A DNA stretch of 64,000 nucleotides from assembly GCA_036172245.1 (NCBI GenBank), contig JAYWIR010000006.1, forward strand, positions 5,518,001 through 5,582,000, written 5' to 3'. Below are positions 12,895 through 25,899 of this stretch, one piece after another. How positions within the stretch are numbered: position 1 is the stretch's first letter; each line of letters opens with the position of its first letter. Under the pieces are notes generated by a model. That model did no database searches and was not told the origin of the DNA. It was given only the letters and a program-made list of their open reading frames with translations. The DNA is from Raillietiella orientalis. Taxonomy: Eukaryota. The position numbers and the translations under genes are program-made.

Positions 12895-13260
12895 GGTACC
12901 TCGGCACTCGACGGTTTCAAACTCGATGCTCGTCGCATTTTGACAAGAGAAAAAGGTTTCGACACTCGGCGCATGCTCGGAACTCGACACCCCCCCTGTC
13001 ATGGTGAAAGCAGTGAAAGCTTTCGTCTCGTGGTAGCTCGCGAACAGTGCCAAACACTCCCACAGAGTGCTTCCGAATCTTTCCTTTCTGTGTGCTTTCT
13101 GTGCATTGCAAGCGTTTCTATTATTCATTTTATGAGAAATTCGTTCGGTACTCGTCGGAGACTCGGCACTCGTCACGAGTTCCGGAACGAATTGCCGACG
13201 AGTACCGAGACACCGCTGTACTTTGGACGTGAACGGGCGTAGCATTCTCGACGTACCAAG
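12895..13260. repeat. Small ACTCG-rich element with a 14-bp inverted repeat (possibly MITE-like)
   Basis: G-G/A-N-ACTCG variants at 12903, 12961, 12979, 13147, 13158 and 13165. TCGGTACTCGTCGG (13145-13158) pairs with CCGACGAGTACCGA (13195-13208). Confidence 0.5.
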
Positions 13261-13599
13261 TATCTTAGTAGGAAAAAAAAAACTGGCAAACACTGCTGTG
13301 CACTCTTTGTGCTTGGAATTTTTCGGCGCCTTGAGACTGAGCGTCTGAATGAGAGAATTCCGATCCTTCACATTCTAGGCCAATCACGCGCCTTGATTAC
13401 AAACTCCACGTTTCTCAGTGGTGCCAACTTCTCAAGGTACATCAACCCTTTGCCTTGCTATACCTCAAAATATCCGGGCAGCAGTGCGCCGGCGCATCGA
13501 CCGACATCCACGGCGTCGAACTCCGTTCAACGGATTTCAGTGAAGATGTCGGGGTTGGGGCTGGGACCTGTTGGCCACAGATCCCTCCATCAGCTACCA

Positions 13600-13990
13600 G
13601 CGATGAACGGGAGGTGCACCGAGGAGGATGCAAACTCGACGGCTTAACCAACGCCATGTTACGGGCGAACACCAAAGAGAGAATCGCGCATCCGAGCTCG
13701 ACATCTTTGTGAGGTGCGCCTTCGTCGATGGAGTCCAGGCAGCCACTCCATCTGAGTGCGCCGTGGACCGGGGTCAGGCACAAATGGAGTGCTGCAAAAA
13801 GGGGGACAAATCCCTCAGCTAATGAAAGGGCGGAAGCCGGTCGAAATCCACGCGAACTTCAGGTGGCTGTTTGGGCAGAGGAGGTTCGCTGACATGGCTC
13901 CCTGCATTCGAGGAGAAAGAAAGCGGATGATGGCGGCGAAAAACGTGTGGCTCACGGAGCTCCTCCACGTTCTGAAGCCTCTATAGGCAG
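13600..13990 (+). mobile_element. Decayed non-LTR reverse transcriptase N-terminal fragment
   Basis: KLDGLTNAMLR (like PGPDGLTY..LR), LDIFVRCAFVDGV (LxxIFNxC....VP), CKKGDKS, and GRKPVEIHANFRWLF (WRPIxL....Y.LF). Confidence 0.6.
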
Positions 13991-14837
13991 CTTGTTAAGA
14001 CTATAAGTTATTGCAGGAAATGCTTACTCCTGCCGTGTCCAGCAAGGCTTCCTTTTGGCTCCAGAGCCAGCACTTGGGGCAGCCCTACATCCAGCAAAAG
14101 CACTTGGGATACGTCAGGAAAATCCTGGAGACATATGGGAAAGCGTAACGGGCTGATAGGGTGTCAAAAGCGGTCACATGTCAGGACATCATGCTTCACG
14201 TACTCAGCAAATCCGGGTCAGACGCCACCATCTCCCTCGGCAAGATTTTGATGCCCAGCCATCAGCTGACCTGCAGACACCCACGCACACTCAGCGGGTC
14301 TACGGATACACAGGAAGTTAATTAGATCTCCCTTGGTTACGGGCACATGGGGACATGGCAGTCGTCCCTCACGGAGACGAGAGCCAATCGGTAATCGGCT
14401 CGTTGTCCATCCTCTTTCAGCTGAAGAACACGCCCGTGCTTCTCCTGCAGCCCATGTCCACCCTAGTGGCTTTGCTCGAGCCGTTCTTCCAGCTCATCCA
14501 ACGAGGATAGGGCGAGTGTGCGAAAGTCCTGTAGGACTGCGGGAGGCGGGAGACCTCGCCGGAGGACACTGCCGCCCTGCGTCCGGATGCTGGGCCGGGA
14601 ATCGGGGACCTGAACCCCAGCATGAGAGAAGATGCAGAGGTGGAAGGGGGGGAGGGGAAGGGGCGCATCTCCTCGCTAGACGGCGAGGAGCACCCTAAGA
14701 GCTCTCCCAAGGTATCCTGGGACGGAACGCCGGCTTGCGCAGCTCCCGGGTTGTTGCGCGCGCGCGCAACCGGGGTCCACAGCGAAGCTGGAGCGAACGT
14801 CCTCCTCGCCCGCGATACAGCGAGCGAGCCGCTGGAG

Positions 14838-14902
14838 TGACGTCACGGACCCGCGAAAACCCCGCAGCTCCTCGCTCCCTCCCGCCTCTACAAGATGGCG
14901 CC
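14838..14902. promoter_or_regulatory. CRE palindrome and YY1/Pho-type motif in CpG-rich DNA
   Basis: TGACGTCA at 14838-14845 and CAAGATGGCG at 14891-14900. A second CAAGATGGCG lies at 18617. No downstream gene was identified. Confidence 0.25.
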
Positions 14903-15319
14903 GCCCCAGCCCACAACGGATTACCCAGCGCGATTAGGGAGGCACCTGGCGGTCGCGCAAGGTAATTAGAACCGAGGAAAGGGAAGTGCGGGCGTGCGCG
15001 CCTTTTAATGGATGCTCTCAAACGTGTGCGTTAAATAGGTGCGTGTTAGGCAAATATAGAAAATCGTCTATCTATCAGCATAAATACAGCGTATAGTATT
15101 TTTATGAATTGAAAAGCACATAAAACACATCAGTACAACCTAGCACGGATGTATCGAAATATATATTATGATGTGAAATACGTGCATGTGTAAATTTTGA
15201 AGATTGCGAACTATATAGCGTATTAATGCATTGCATTGATTTTTTTTTTTTCTTCTTTGAGGGGGGGGGGGAGGAGGGCATACAACCGGGTGAACGTAAA
15301 CAGAGATGATCGGAAATTC

Positions 15320-16050
15320 AGTTTATAGAGAAAATCGGTCCCACCGCTAATCCGAAAGGGCGGAAGACGGTCGGAACTCACGGGAACCTCAGATGGGCTG
15401 TTTGGGCAGAAGGCGCTCTTCCTTGAGAGCTCCCTGAGTGCGAGGAGGAAAAGGAAGGAAGCGCTCATTCCAAGGGAAGATTTCGCCGACGGGAAGGAAG
15501 GAGGAGATAGTCCTCGCCCCAGCACTTGCGTGGGCGACTCGGCATCCCGGTCCCGCACGAATTTGGATAGTGTGGGGCCCATGAACCTCAAGGAGCGTGC
15601 CAGGCAGGGTTTCCTTCCCAGCGTGAGGAGTCGAGCCGGTGACGTCGACGTCAGTTGCGGCTCCAGGTGCGAGTCCGACTGACGTCCCTCCCCTCTCCCC
15701 GCCAAAGCGGGGGGGAGGGACCGAGAACTCTCACGTGGCAGGTGGCGCGCAGGATCTGCCGAGCTGCGAGACGGTGGACAGGTGGTGACGCACACGGGGG
15801 AGAGATACAGAGGCGGCGGCGACTGAGGGAGGGGATTTGCCCTGCATTTGTCAGCCCGCCGGCGAGTTCGCTTCCTTCGAGCTGGCGTCTTCGGGGGCTT
15901 GCTTGGTTGAGGGTTATCAGAAGACCTGACGAAGACGCTCATCGTAAGCAGTGTGACCCGTGAGGTGGTCAGCGTCGGAACGCGCAGGTGGTGCCACCTC
16001 AAATGAGTACGGGGGGGTCCCCAGGCACTCAACCCAGTTCCGGGGGTCGT
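15320..16050 (+). mobile_element. Decayed non-LTR RT core, paralogous to the 13.6-14.0 kb copy
   Basis: 15346-15460 aligns at DNA level with 13818-13923. Then follow TNLDSV (about 15556, like NAFDSV), RLREGICPA (about 15820, GVRQGCPL), LSEDL (about 15914, YADDL) and ALNP (about 16025, FNPxK). Confidence 0.5.
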
Positions 16051-17523
16051 GCGTCTGGAACCCTTCACTGGAAGACTCCGTCCTCCCCAAGACGCGGGTA
16101 CGCAGCCCCTGGCCCTCGCTGGAACCACTCAGGACAGCCGGGCCCCCAGTGGTCGAGCAGGAGTGCGCCGCCCGTCGTTCCGCGCGACATCGGTGCCCCG
16201 GAAGCTCCTTGCGGTCCGCTTCTCGCAGCACACGCAGAGGATTCGCCCGAGGTGCTTCCGGACTTCGGCGAGGTTGGCGCCAAAAAAATAAAATAAAATA
16301 AAATAAAGGGGGAGGAGGAACCGGAAGGCGAGATGTTGCGGGTGCAGACGGGATCGCTGCCGTCGAATCCTTCTTCGTCCGGGTCGGATTCCGCGCTCCG
16401 GGAGCCGAAGAACACCAGCAGCTCCAGCTTTAGGAGCGGAGAGCGAGCGGCACTTCCCGAGGGCGCCAGACGTGAGACCATGGAAAAGCGTCCCTCCCTT
16501 CGTAGCCTTCGCCAGGTCGTCCCTCCGTCACAATGTGCCCCCAGGCGTTGCTGCGACGGCCAAAGTCAGGAAGTTCTTCCGAGTTGCCGCGGTGGCGACC
16601 GCCGTGTCGGCTCTGACCAATTCCCTCTCCCCCCGAGGAAGGTGAGTGGATGCAGAAGCCCTCCGAATGCACAAGATGGTGAAGACGGCTGCCCCAAAGG
16701 AGGGGAGGGATTCCCGGCTCTTCCTCCTCCCCTCCATCCGCTCTCCGATCCGACGACCCCGGAGTCACCTCCCGCAGCTTCGTTCGGAAAGAGGCGATTA
16801 GCTCGGGAAGCTCCTGCGGAGGCGGATGTCATGGCGGTCACGGCGGGAGGGGACACCACAGCTCCCGCTCCTTTCGGCGGCGTCCTCTTTGCACCCTCTT
16901 CGGCCTCCCGGCCCTTCCGGGCCGACCTTTGCCGACCGAAAGGAGACCCATCGAATGAATCCGCCATTTTTTTTGCTCCCCCCCCCCGTTTTCTGCCACG
17001 CGGCTTCTGGACCAGTCACAGCGAGCGGCCCTCTGCCCCAGTCGCTAACCGGGAGAAGGTCCCAACGTCTTGCCCCGGGGGCGACCCTCCCGTCGGTTTG
17101 TCGCATCTCTCCCCCCTCTCCACCGGGGCAGCGGCTGCTAGCATCCTGCGCGTTCGAGGGGATTTTCGCAGCCACCCCCCGTGGGAAGTGGGAGTGGTCG
17201 GCCTTATCGGCACGGGCTGGATCGTTCGATTAGCCAGATGCCCTGGGACTCTTTCTGGAGGCGCGTGCAAGAGGCTGCTCTACGAGCATTCAGGGAGCCA
17301 CCAGCAGTTGCGTGCCGACCCGCGAGAGGGAGGCGGTGAGTCGTCTTATGTCGAGATGGCCGAAGGCAGCCTTGCGCACTCCGCCTGAGGGGATGCCATT
17401 CCTGATCCCTCAGGACGCCTGGAAGGCAGCAGGAGGTTCATCGGGGAGCTGACGGGCTGCCCCGCAAGCTCCGTGGGTCACGGAAGGAAAGGGAGAAGGG
17501 GGGAGGGGGTCTGGATCTGTCCG

Positions 17524-17565
17524 GGGAACTCCGCCCGCTTCTCGAGGGAACTCCGCCCGCTTCTC
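17524..17565. repeat. Perfect 20-bp direct duplication, period 22
   Basis: GGGAACTCCGCCCGCTTCTC at 17524 and again at 17546. Confidence 0.95.
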
Positions 17566-19268
17566 CCCTTTCCCCTTCTTTTCCTGGCCAGAGCGAAAGA
17601 GACTACGGAGCCGCGCACAGGCGATCCGCATGTCCCGGGGCGCTATCCCCCACAGAAACATTGCTCGCAGACCTCCGGCAACGCCAGCCCTGCTGGAAAC
17701 GCTCGGCACCTGAAGGTACCGGGAGATTCCTCCGCAGCCTCCAAATCCCGAGGGACCGAGTGGTTCGCCCGGGAAGCCCGTGGGGCGCGCGCACACCTTC
17801 GACGGGAGGAGGGGAACAGCAACGAGCGCCCTTCCAGCGACGCCATATCACCCCTTCCACATCGTGAGCAGCAGCTGTCACCTCTGCGCGGGTGCGGCCG
17901 ACGGCTGCTAGCCGCAAGGCGCATAGCTACTCCCCAGCGACGGCGGCTTCGCGAGTCAGCGTGGCCCGCTTCCCCTATCCTTCCCCAGGCTCGCGGACGT
18001 TGGCCCACCCGGAAAGTCCCACCCGACAGTTGCGTGGGTCGCGCACCCCCTTGGGTGCGCCCCGCGAGCTCGCTCGCCCCGTCCAGGGTGACCGAGAAAA
18101 GGAGTTGGTTCCAGGTAGCCGTTCGCTGGCGCAGACCGGGAAGAGGGCGCTGGCGACTGAGGCCCGTCGATAGGTTGGCCGGGTTGGGCGCGACGCTCTC
18201 CGGAGTTCGCTCGGGGAGTGGGACGTCGAGGCGTCCCTTTTGCAGCCCGTCTGTCCAAGGCAAGCAAGCACGGATCCCAGCGCTCGTGCGCGGGGTCGCC
18301 CACGGGCGGATGGGGCTGCGCGCGGACCGGGCGACCCGTCCGCCGACGCTCCGGTCCGTTGCCAGACTGCGACCGCCGTGAGGTCAGGAGAGCGTAGTTC
18401 CGGGCTTCTAGCAGGACCCTCGTCCCTCTGTTTATGGGGCAGCTTGCGCGCGCGGGCTGCCAGGTCGCAAGCGGCCTCAACCCTCCGAGGCCAAGAGAGA
18501 GCGGACCAGAGGCCGAGGGCGCGCGCGCGCATCCCGGGAGCAGCGAAGTGCGCCGGCGGCGCCAGGATCGCGATCTGCGGCCGGGAGAGCAGCGCGAAGG
18601 GGCGGGATTCCCGAAACAAGATGGCGCGGAACGCGTCGCTTCAGCGTTTCCGGCAGCGACTTGACTCGGACTGCCCGCGGCGAAGACGATACACGCGTCC
18701 CATCGCGAAACAAGTGCGAAGGGCGACCGAACGGGCGCGAGGACGCCCACCCGGACCCCAACGGTGCGACGGCGCCAGAGGTCGTCGGGAAATGGCGCGC
18801 GGCCCCTAAACCTGCAGCCCCCTCCGCCCGGACCACCGACTTCACGTTTGACCGCTTCGATGCCCATCGCCATCTCCGCAGAGGTCCGAGGCAAGGTGTG
18901 CGGCGCGGCCCACCTCCCTCTCCGCACACGGGGGGGGGAAGGAGGTAGCCGCCCCCGTGGTCCCAGCACGCCTCTCCTGACATGGGGCGGGACCAGGAGA
19001 CCCCAGCGAGCGGACCACGCGCTCTAGCGCCAGAGGCCCCCGATCGCCCCAAGGATTTCCTGATCTGTGGACACTGGGCGAGGCAGCAGCCGAGCGATCC
19101 GCATCCGTTGGACAGAGCCGGTCCTTGGACACGAGAAAGAAACGCGAACTCCGGAAGAAAGGGTCAACATGACGTGGAAGCGAGCGTTGCAGGACTCGTT
19201 GGCATGGCAGCAGGCAGGGAGAGAACGTGCATATCTCAAGGCGCTGGACACTCTTGAGATGCTCCGAA

Positions 19269-19377
19269 TTCTTCTTCCTCTTTCTCTTCTTCTGCTGCTT
19301 CTTTCTCCTCTTCTCCTACTTATTCCTTCTCCCCTTCTCCTACTTCTTCTTTCTCTCTTTCTACTTATTCCTCCTCG
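19269..19377. repeat. CTT/CT-rich polypyrimidine low-complexity tract
   Basis: About 110 nt almost entirely C/T, including the repeated unit CTTCTCCTACTT and ACTTATTCCT. Confidence 0.85.
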
Positions 19378-22152
19378 TGAACGAATCCGACATCAAAAGA
19401 TGCCATCAGTTGCAGAGTCCGTCGGCTGAAGGAGTTTAGCAGTGCGGCAAGGAGGGAAGAAGATGCTGAGAAGCAGAGACCTCGCTAAAGCGACGCCGGC
19501 GACGAAATTCGCCTCAGGCACAAACGAGCGTGACGAACGCGCGGTGAATGCTTGCGATGGACCCACGGCGCTCCCACGAGTCTCGATCCCGTGCGGACGT
19601 CGGTGCACAGCGAGGGTCTGCGATGTCTTCGGCAGCGCCAAACTGCTCGAACGCTCTAGAGGCGGAGAGGGGCACCGTTTCTTCGCAGCGACAAGCGACG
19701 CTGGAGCCACGCCGCGGGAGGGGGAGGGGGCGTCGACCCCCGTGGCGACAGTCCATTCCGTCCGTGACTCACGGGGCCCTGGAGCTCCCTAAACGAGGCT
19801 CCTACACGAGGGCCTCTCCAGCGCGGGACGAAGGGCTTTGGAGTGCGGCTCCCATGGCAAGAGCGGGAAGCGCCGGAGTGCTGCAGCGAGCATCCTCCTC
19901 CGTCCCCGTGGCGAAGGCCACGACTCCATCGTATCATGAGGAGGTCGCCACAAAGGTTTCAGCCTACCTCTGGTCGGCCAATAGATGAAATGAAAAGCAG
20001 CGGCAGCGACGGATGAGCTCCCCTCAACTCTGGAAGCCCCCGCGCCGGCGCGGGGCAGGTCCGGCGGCGGACGCAGCGGAAGCTTCCGAATTCGGGTCCG
20101 AGCCAGGAGGCGCCGCTTGGAGTCGGCAGTCGAGGAGGAAGCGCAGGGGATGCCTGGATCATCCGAGAAGCCAGAAGCGCGCTTCCACCGCCACCTGCTG
20201 CGGACCCCTTCCGAGCCGAACCGCTTCCAGCACTCTCACGCCCCCCCGCCCACACAGAGGAAAGAGCCTGGGGGAGAAACGAGGAAAGCGCCGGGAAACG
20301 CGCGCGCACGCGCGAGGAACAGCCGCTCGTCTCAAAGCGCACCCAGCGGACTCCCGCAGGGAGGAAGGCAAAAAGCCGCGCGCGTAGGACGTGTGACCTC
20401 CCGCGCCTTCGGCGGCGACAGGCAGGCGTGGCGACGAGCTCTCCGCGTCCGGCCGTCCGCAGGGAGCAACGGCCATCCTCGAGAAGCTTCGAAAGCTACG
20501 GAATCCAAGGCGAAAGTGGAAGGACGGACGGCGGGGCACGAACGGGGCGATCACGCGGCTCCCTCGGACCGGCCTGCGGCGGATCGAAGCGGGCAGCCCC
20601 GCAGACGGGCGAAGAACGCCATCGTGAAGGTCGCCGACGCCCAACGACGACGGGAAGGAGGGCGACGATGCGAGCGTCCGAGAAGAACCGTCGGTGTCCA
20701 CCGGCAGTCATTGCTGCAGGAGGGAAAACAGGCAGAGGAACGATGGCGCACGCGTCCCGCTCGCAGAATGCCGGGCCAGGCCCCTGAGGCGGGGAAGACC
20801 GAAAGTTCGGCAGATAACGAGCCTAATCACCAGCTTCGGGAGAGTTCCGGAAGCACGCAGGAGAGTGGAAGGGCAGTAGACTGCCGACTCGCGAAGAGGT
20901 CGCTCCAGCCGATCCAGCTCTGCGGATCCAGCAACGCGAGAGGCATCGACGAGCGCGGTTCTTGAAAGGCTTGCGTGTGTCACCCCTGACACGTGACTTG
21001 ATACGCTGCGTTGCTCGCATCCGAAAGTTGGTGGGGCTTTCGACCTGCTTGGGAGTCTCGCTCCCTACCCGTAACGACACAGTCTCCGCGGAAACTGGCA
21101 AAAAGAAAAAAAACAACAACAAAAAAAAAAACAGTTGGCGGCGGCGATGGAGGCCCACGGCACTTCCACCCGGAAACCGTCGGCTGGTTGGCAGGATATC
21201 GCCACGCATCACGACCGCCGAAGTATCACCATGCGTCCGCCACGTACGCAAAAGCCCCGCGGTGTTTGTTCATCCTTGCCGTGACGACAGCGAGGCTCTC
21301 TTCCCCCAAACGCGAGGAAGCGGCGGCGGCGGCGGCGGCGGCTTTCCCAGCTCCGGCGAGCATCACCGGCACCAGCATCAGCAGCAGCAGCAGCAACGGC
21401 GCGCACGCCACGGGAAGTGCACAAAGCCGTTACGTTCGAACACGATCGCTTCAAACCCAGGAAATCCAAGGACCAATGAGGATGCAACGCAATTCACCTG
21501 GGAAAGTACCCGCGATCGCAACTTCACCTCTCAATCTCGCTTCCACCCCCCTTTTCTTTCTTTCACCCTTTTTTTTTTTTTTTTTCGTTTTCCCCCTTAA
21601 AGGAGCATGGAGACTCCCTTCACATCGACGATTCTCACAGGTCTGCGGCGTTTCCAGGGCGTCGCGGCACTTCGGCAACCATTGACAACTTCTTCCACTC
21701 TTTGTCCGACAAACGCTCACACAACGAGGGGCTCGGTATGCCCGGCAAGCGGTACTCGTTGTCAATTTGCTGAAAATTTTTCGCGGCCTCGGGTAAACGC
21801 TAACAGGCGCCAGGACACCGTAGCTTCCGGAACGTTCACCAACAAGGAAAAGGGGAACTGTCCACTGTCAACTGAACTGCCTCCTCCTCACTTGCATCCG
21901 TAAAAAAGTGATGCGTCGACACAACTCAAACGATGCACAGGGAATTCTTGTTGGTCTCGAATCGAAAAGATTCACTCTCGCTTTTTTTTTACCTTAAGAT
22001 TGAAAGACCACTCAACAGTTTGCAAACATCGCTCGTGCATTCCTCAATCCAAGAGCAAATTATTTATTTGATATAAAAGTCAACTCAAAAAAGTGTGTCA
22101 ATTTAAAATGAAAACTGGAAGGAACTAAAACCAAACTAAAGCACGGTTACCA

Positions 22153-25100
22153 TTAAGATTTCCACTGTGGTATGGAACAAGGGGGGATCATGTTTAGCAA
22201 ATATTGCCTATGAAGATCAACTGCTTGTCTTTGTAAATCTGCCGAGGCTGGAGGCGGTAATTTACCTGTGAGTGCAGCTAACTGATATTGATAAAACAAT
22301 GGGTTAAACAAATGTGCGGCAGCAGTCAAGTGGGCATGGGGAGGCATGCGTAACAACTGTTGCTGAGTTGCTGATAACAAATTTGAATGGGCTTGTATTA
22401 ACTTGGGATCAAGAAGCCTGGGATCTGACACTTTTGGTAACTGAGCTGCAGTTATGGGACCTGGACCAGAAGACACTGTAGAAGTTGGACTGCATTGTGG
22501 CAAATCCCAGGCTAATGGAGACTGGGGGATTTTCTGTTCAATTTCTTGTTCTTGCTGCAATGCCTTCACAAATGCAGCTTTAAGTCTGTTAGTGTGCTCT
22601 GCCCTGAGAGCTTTTTTCACATTGCTGCTAACACACTGCTCACATATGACTTTGCCTACAAGAACCTTGGATAAAGATTCTTCTATTCCATTGCTGCTTA
22701 CCTTCCTTTTCCTTATCCCACTTCCAAACAGTTGTAAAGTCAGAATGACACTGGGAGCATATGAAGGGAATGGAAGGTGATGGATCTTTATATCCTTCCC
22801 GAATAAAATCCACCACTGCTTCCAAGCCCAACAGATACACAAACTCACTATTGCTTGCATTTGGAATGAAATGCATCTCAGGTGGAGGTGGTTTGGGAGG
22901 AGGAATCTGCACAAAAAATTTGACTTTGTAGGGAGAATGTCCCCCCTTTCCCTCCATGTTACCTGCAAAAGTGTTTTTTCTAATTGCTTCCTCAGAGCCA
23001 ACTTGGCAGCTGCCTGACGCTGGGCAGATGCCTGGCTGTCATGACCTAAATTACCCTCAGATGCATTTCGCATGCAATTGGCCATCAAATGATTAGGAGT
23101 TGACGCACGATTCACTTCTTTGGATCGAGGGTATACTCCACGCTCAAACTCCTGAGATAAACCACAGCCCAGTCCTGAAGGCACAAATTGGGATCTGTTA
23201 CTAGATGCGCTAGCTGAATCTAGTTAAAACAGTCAGGAAAAATGGTGCTACATTCATCCTCACTTTTCAGCACCGACTGATGAGTCATTGAAAGCTGCTG
23301 TGGCAAACTGGTAGTATTTTGTGAGCTGCCTGAGTAGCTAACATTGTGCATGATGCCACCATCATGCATATCCTGCTTCTGCACAAGAGACACATGGAGG
23401 TACATAAACAGGCATCATATACATACATGCACACGATGCACACCCGCACTAAATGATTTCCCATGAGATGATGAAAAGCCAGTACCATTGACAGTGACAT
23501 TTGCACGATGAGTAGATGCTTTGCCTGCAGGAGCTTTATACTGAGAACTTGAAAGAAAAGAAGAGCCTAGACTCTCCTTGACTTGTTGGGCTTGACGCAA
23601 CTTCTTCAGTAAGACAAGTTTCATTTCTTCATTGCGTAACTCTTCTTTCAGAAGACGTATAAACCTTTCCCTTTTTTGGGTCTGCTCAGTAGTCAACTCC
23701 TGCAAGAAAAAAACAGCCATGAGAACAGAACTAAGCAGCATTGAAAAATTGCAAAAGCATCTGAGATGCAAGCACAGATCTATTAATCTTCACCTTATTC
23801 ACAGGAATTGGAGGCATTGAACTATTACTATCATCACTATCATAAATCACTTCCTTGAGCCCATTCTCATCAGACACCACAATGATATCAGGGCTTTCTG
23901 CATAATTTTTTTCAGTTCTAGGTCTCAATCTTCTCTTCTTTACACTTTCTTCTATCTTCAATGCATCATTCTGCTGTATTTTTTCTGACAAGATCTCTGT
24001 TACAGGTACAACAACCTCTTTTTTTCTTTCCTTTCTGAAATGATAGAAAGATAAATGTTGCTGCCATTTGAAAACAGAACAAAAAAGGCATGTCCAACTA
24101 ATTGAAGGAAAAAGTGTGCACTGTTTACTAATCTGATCTGTGAACAGTGAAAATTGGCAATGAAGGTTGTTTAACAAATTACAAACTAATCGAACTGTCT
24201 TCATGACTTCACCCAGACGGCAGAAAATTGACTGATTTGCAACAAGTCTGCACTTTCGAACATCAAGAGGATGAACAGTCAGGTATGCTGACAAGGCATA
24301 GTATCATAAAAATACAAGAATCTTGAAACTTCAAACAAAAGCAATTGTTAAAAGTACAAAGCATCAAACATTTGCATATTTTCTAAATAGACATCAAATA
24401 CTTGTGAAGGCCAACGTTAGAAATACTTATTAACTCTTGCAAATTGCAAGCAACCATAGTGTCAAGGCACAGATAAATTTAAAATGCAGTCCTAAATGGC
24501 TGCAAAATTAAACAAGGAAGATCAAGAAACTTTTACATGCAAATCATTACACCAGTTTTGAACACAAAAAGAAACGAATACGTTTTCACGAAATCCAAAT
24601 AAGATGATTACAAAAACATTTGCTCGAATTTTTCCATGACACTTTCCATTTTTCCATGGTAAACTTTCGTTTTGTATTACACATGTACTACATTCCGATT
24701 TTGGGGGATTTACTGCTCCAAATATAATTTAAATGAATTCGACACACAACCGACACTTTGTATGCAATCTTCAGAAATATGACACTACAAGTTTGGATGC
24801 ATCTTTGTATTGTGTCATGGAAACATGCAAATTCGCTCATGCTAATGATTTGTTTCCCTACTTGATTCAATTTGTGAGGAGCAGAATTTTTAAAACAATA
24901 TGAAATTGGCTGACTGGGAACAGAAGCACTGGATGTGTGTAAATCAAGAATGAAATCCCAATGTGTTGCCCAATTGGGACATTGAAGTTCACACATGCTA
25001 AGCCCTAATGAACCTCTATCGCTGCAGTTAATTGATTTTAATTAAACAATGTGATTATAATTGAAATTTAATTACATGCATTGTGAATGCCAATGAACCA

Positions 25101-25414
25101 ATGAATCTTTACAATCAATCAAGAGAATTCAAACTTTCCTATGGCACTGCTTCTCCCAAAATTGGCGTTTGGGTTAACCAATCGAAAACTGAATTACAAA
25201 ATAGCAAAGTAAACGCAGAGAGGGCAATTCAGATAAAATCTTTGTCAGCACTATGTGAGAACTATCTGCTTCAATTTAATAAAATGTGATGCCAGCACAA
25301 TTTAGCTACATACATATATTCCATAAAATATGGAACACACACAACTGGCATTGCTTACCGTATACTCAAGTCAACAACAGGTTCTGGATTTAGGCTGCTT
25401 CCTAAATCACCCAT
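22153..25414 (-). CDS. GATAD2: Transcriptional repressor p66 (NuRD subunit, simjang-like)
   Basis: Contains the CR1 coiled coil [56 protein letters not shown], the GATA-like finger CSQC..DFTTVWKW..ICEQC, and KKALRAEHTNRLKAAFVKALQQEQEIE. Introns: 24035-25358, 23700-23793, 23379-23426, 23220-23263, 22907-22962, 22656-22701. The start (MGDLGSSLNPEPVVDLS) is tentative. AATAAA on the minus strand at 22063-22068. Confidence 0.95.
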
Positions 25415-25899
25415 TGCATCCACACACTCCAGCTTAGGTAATCCAGAATAAATAAACCATATTCTACTGGGATTACATATTTAAAGTCACGCCGGTTTGC
25501 ATGATCACTGAAATTCAGACTTCATGAAACTTTTTTTTTTTTTTACGACAACAAACGGTTACACGAATTCATGAAGCTCTTTCGCAGACGGTAATCAAAG
25601 CAAAAAAAAAAAAAAAGGCCAAATTGTGCTTTCCCAAGCACTTCGTCTCGGCTCTCGGAATTCGAAACACAAATTGCTGTGGAAAAACTGAAGTCCCCAG
25701 TGGGTCTACCAAGGGGAACGAGCTGCTCGGGATGCCATTCGAAAATGCACCTCACCGAGACCCACGCAAAATAAATAGACAAACAGATAAACGGAACGGG
25801 GGGGAGGGGGGGGGAGGCCACCGAATCCACGTTTCGACGAAACGAACTCGAAAGGCGAAAGAAACGGAAACTTTTCGGGAAAAAATTAATTACACATGC

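Noticed and set aside
23277..23300. CTGATGA...GAAA hammerhead-like core
   Set aside because: There is no room for stem II, no flanking stems are present, and it lies antisense within a GATAD2 coding exon.
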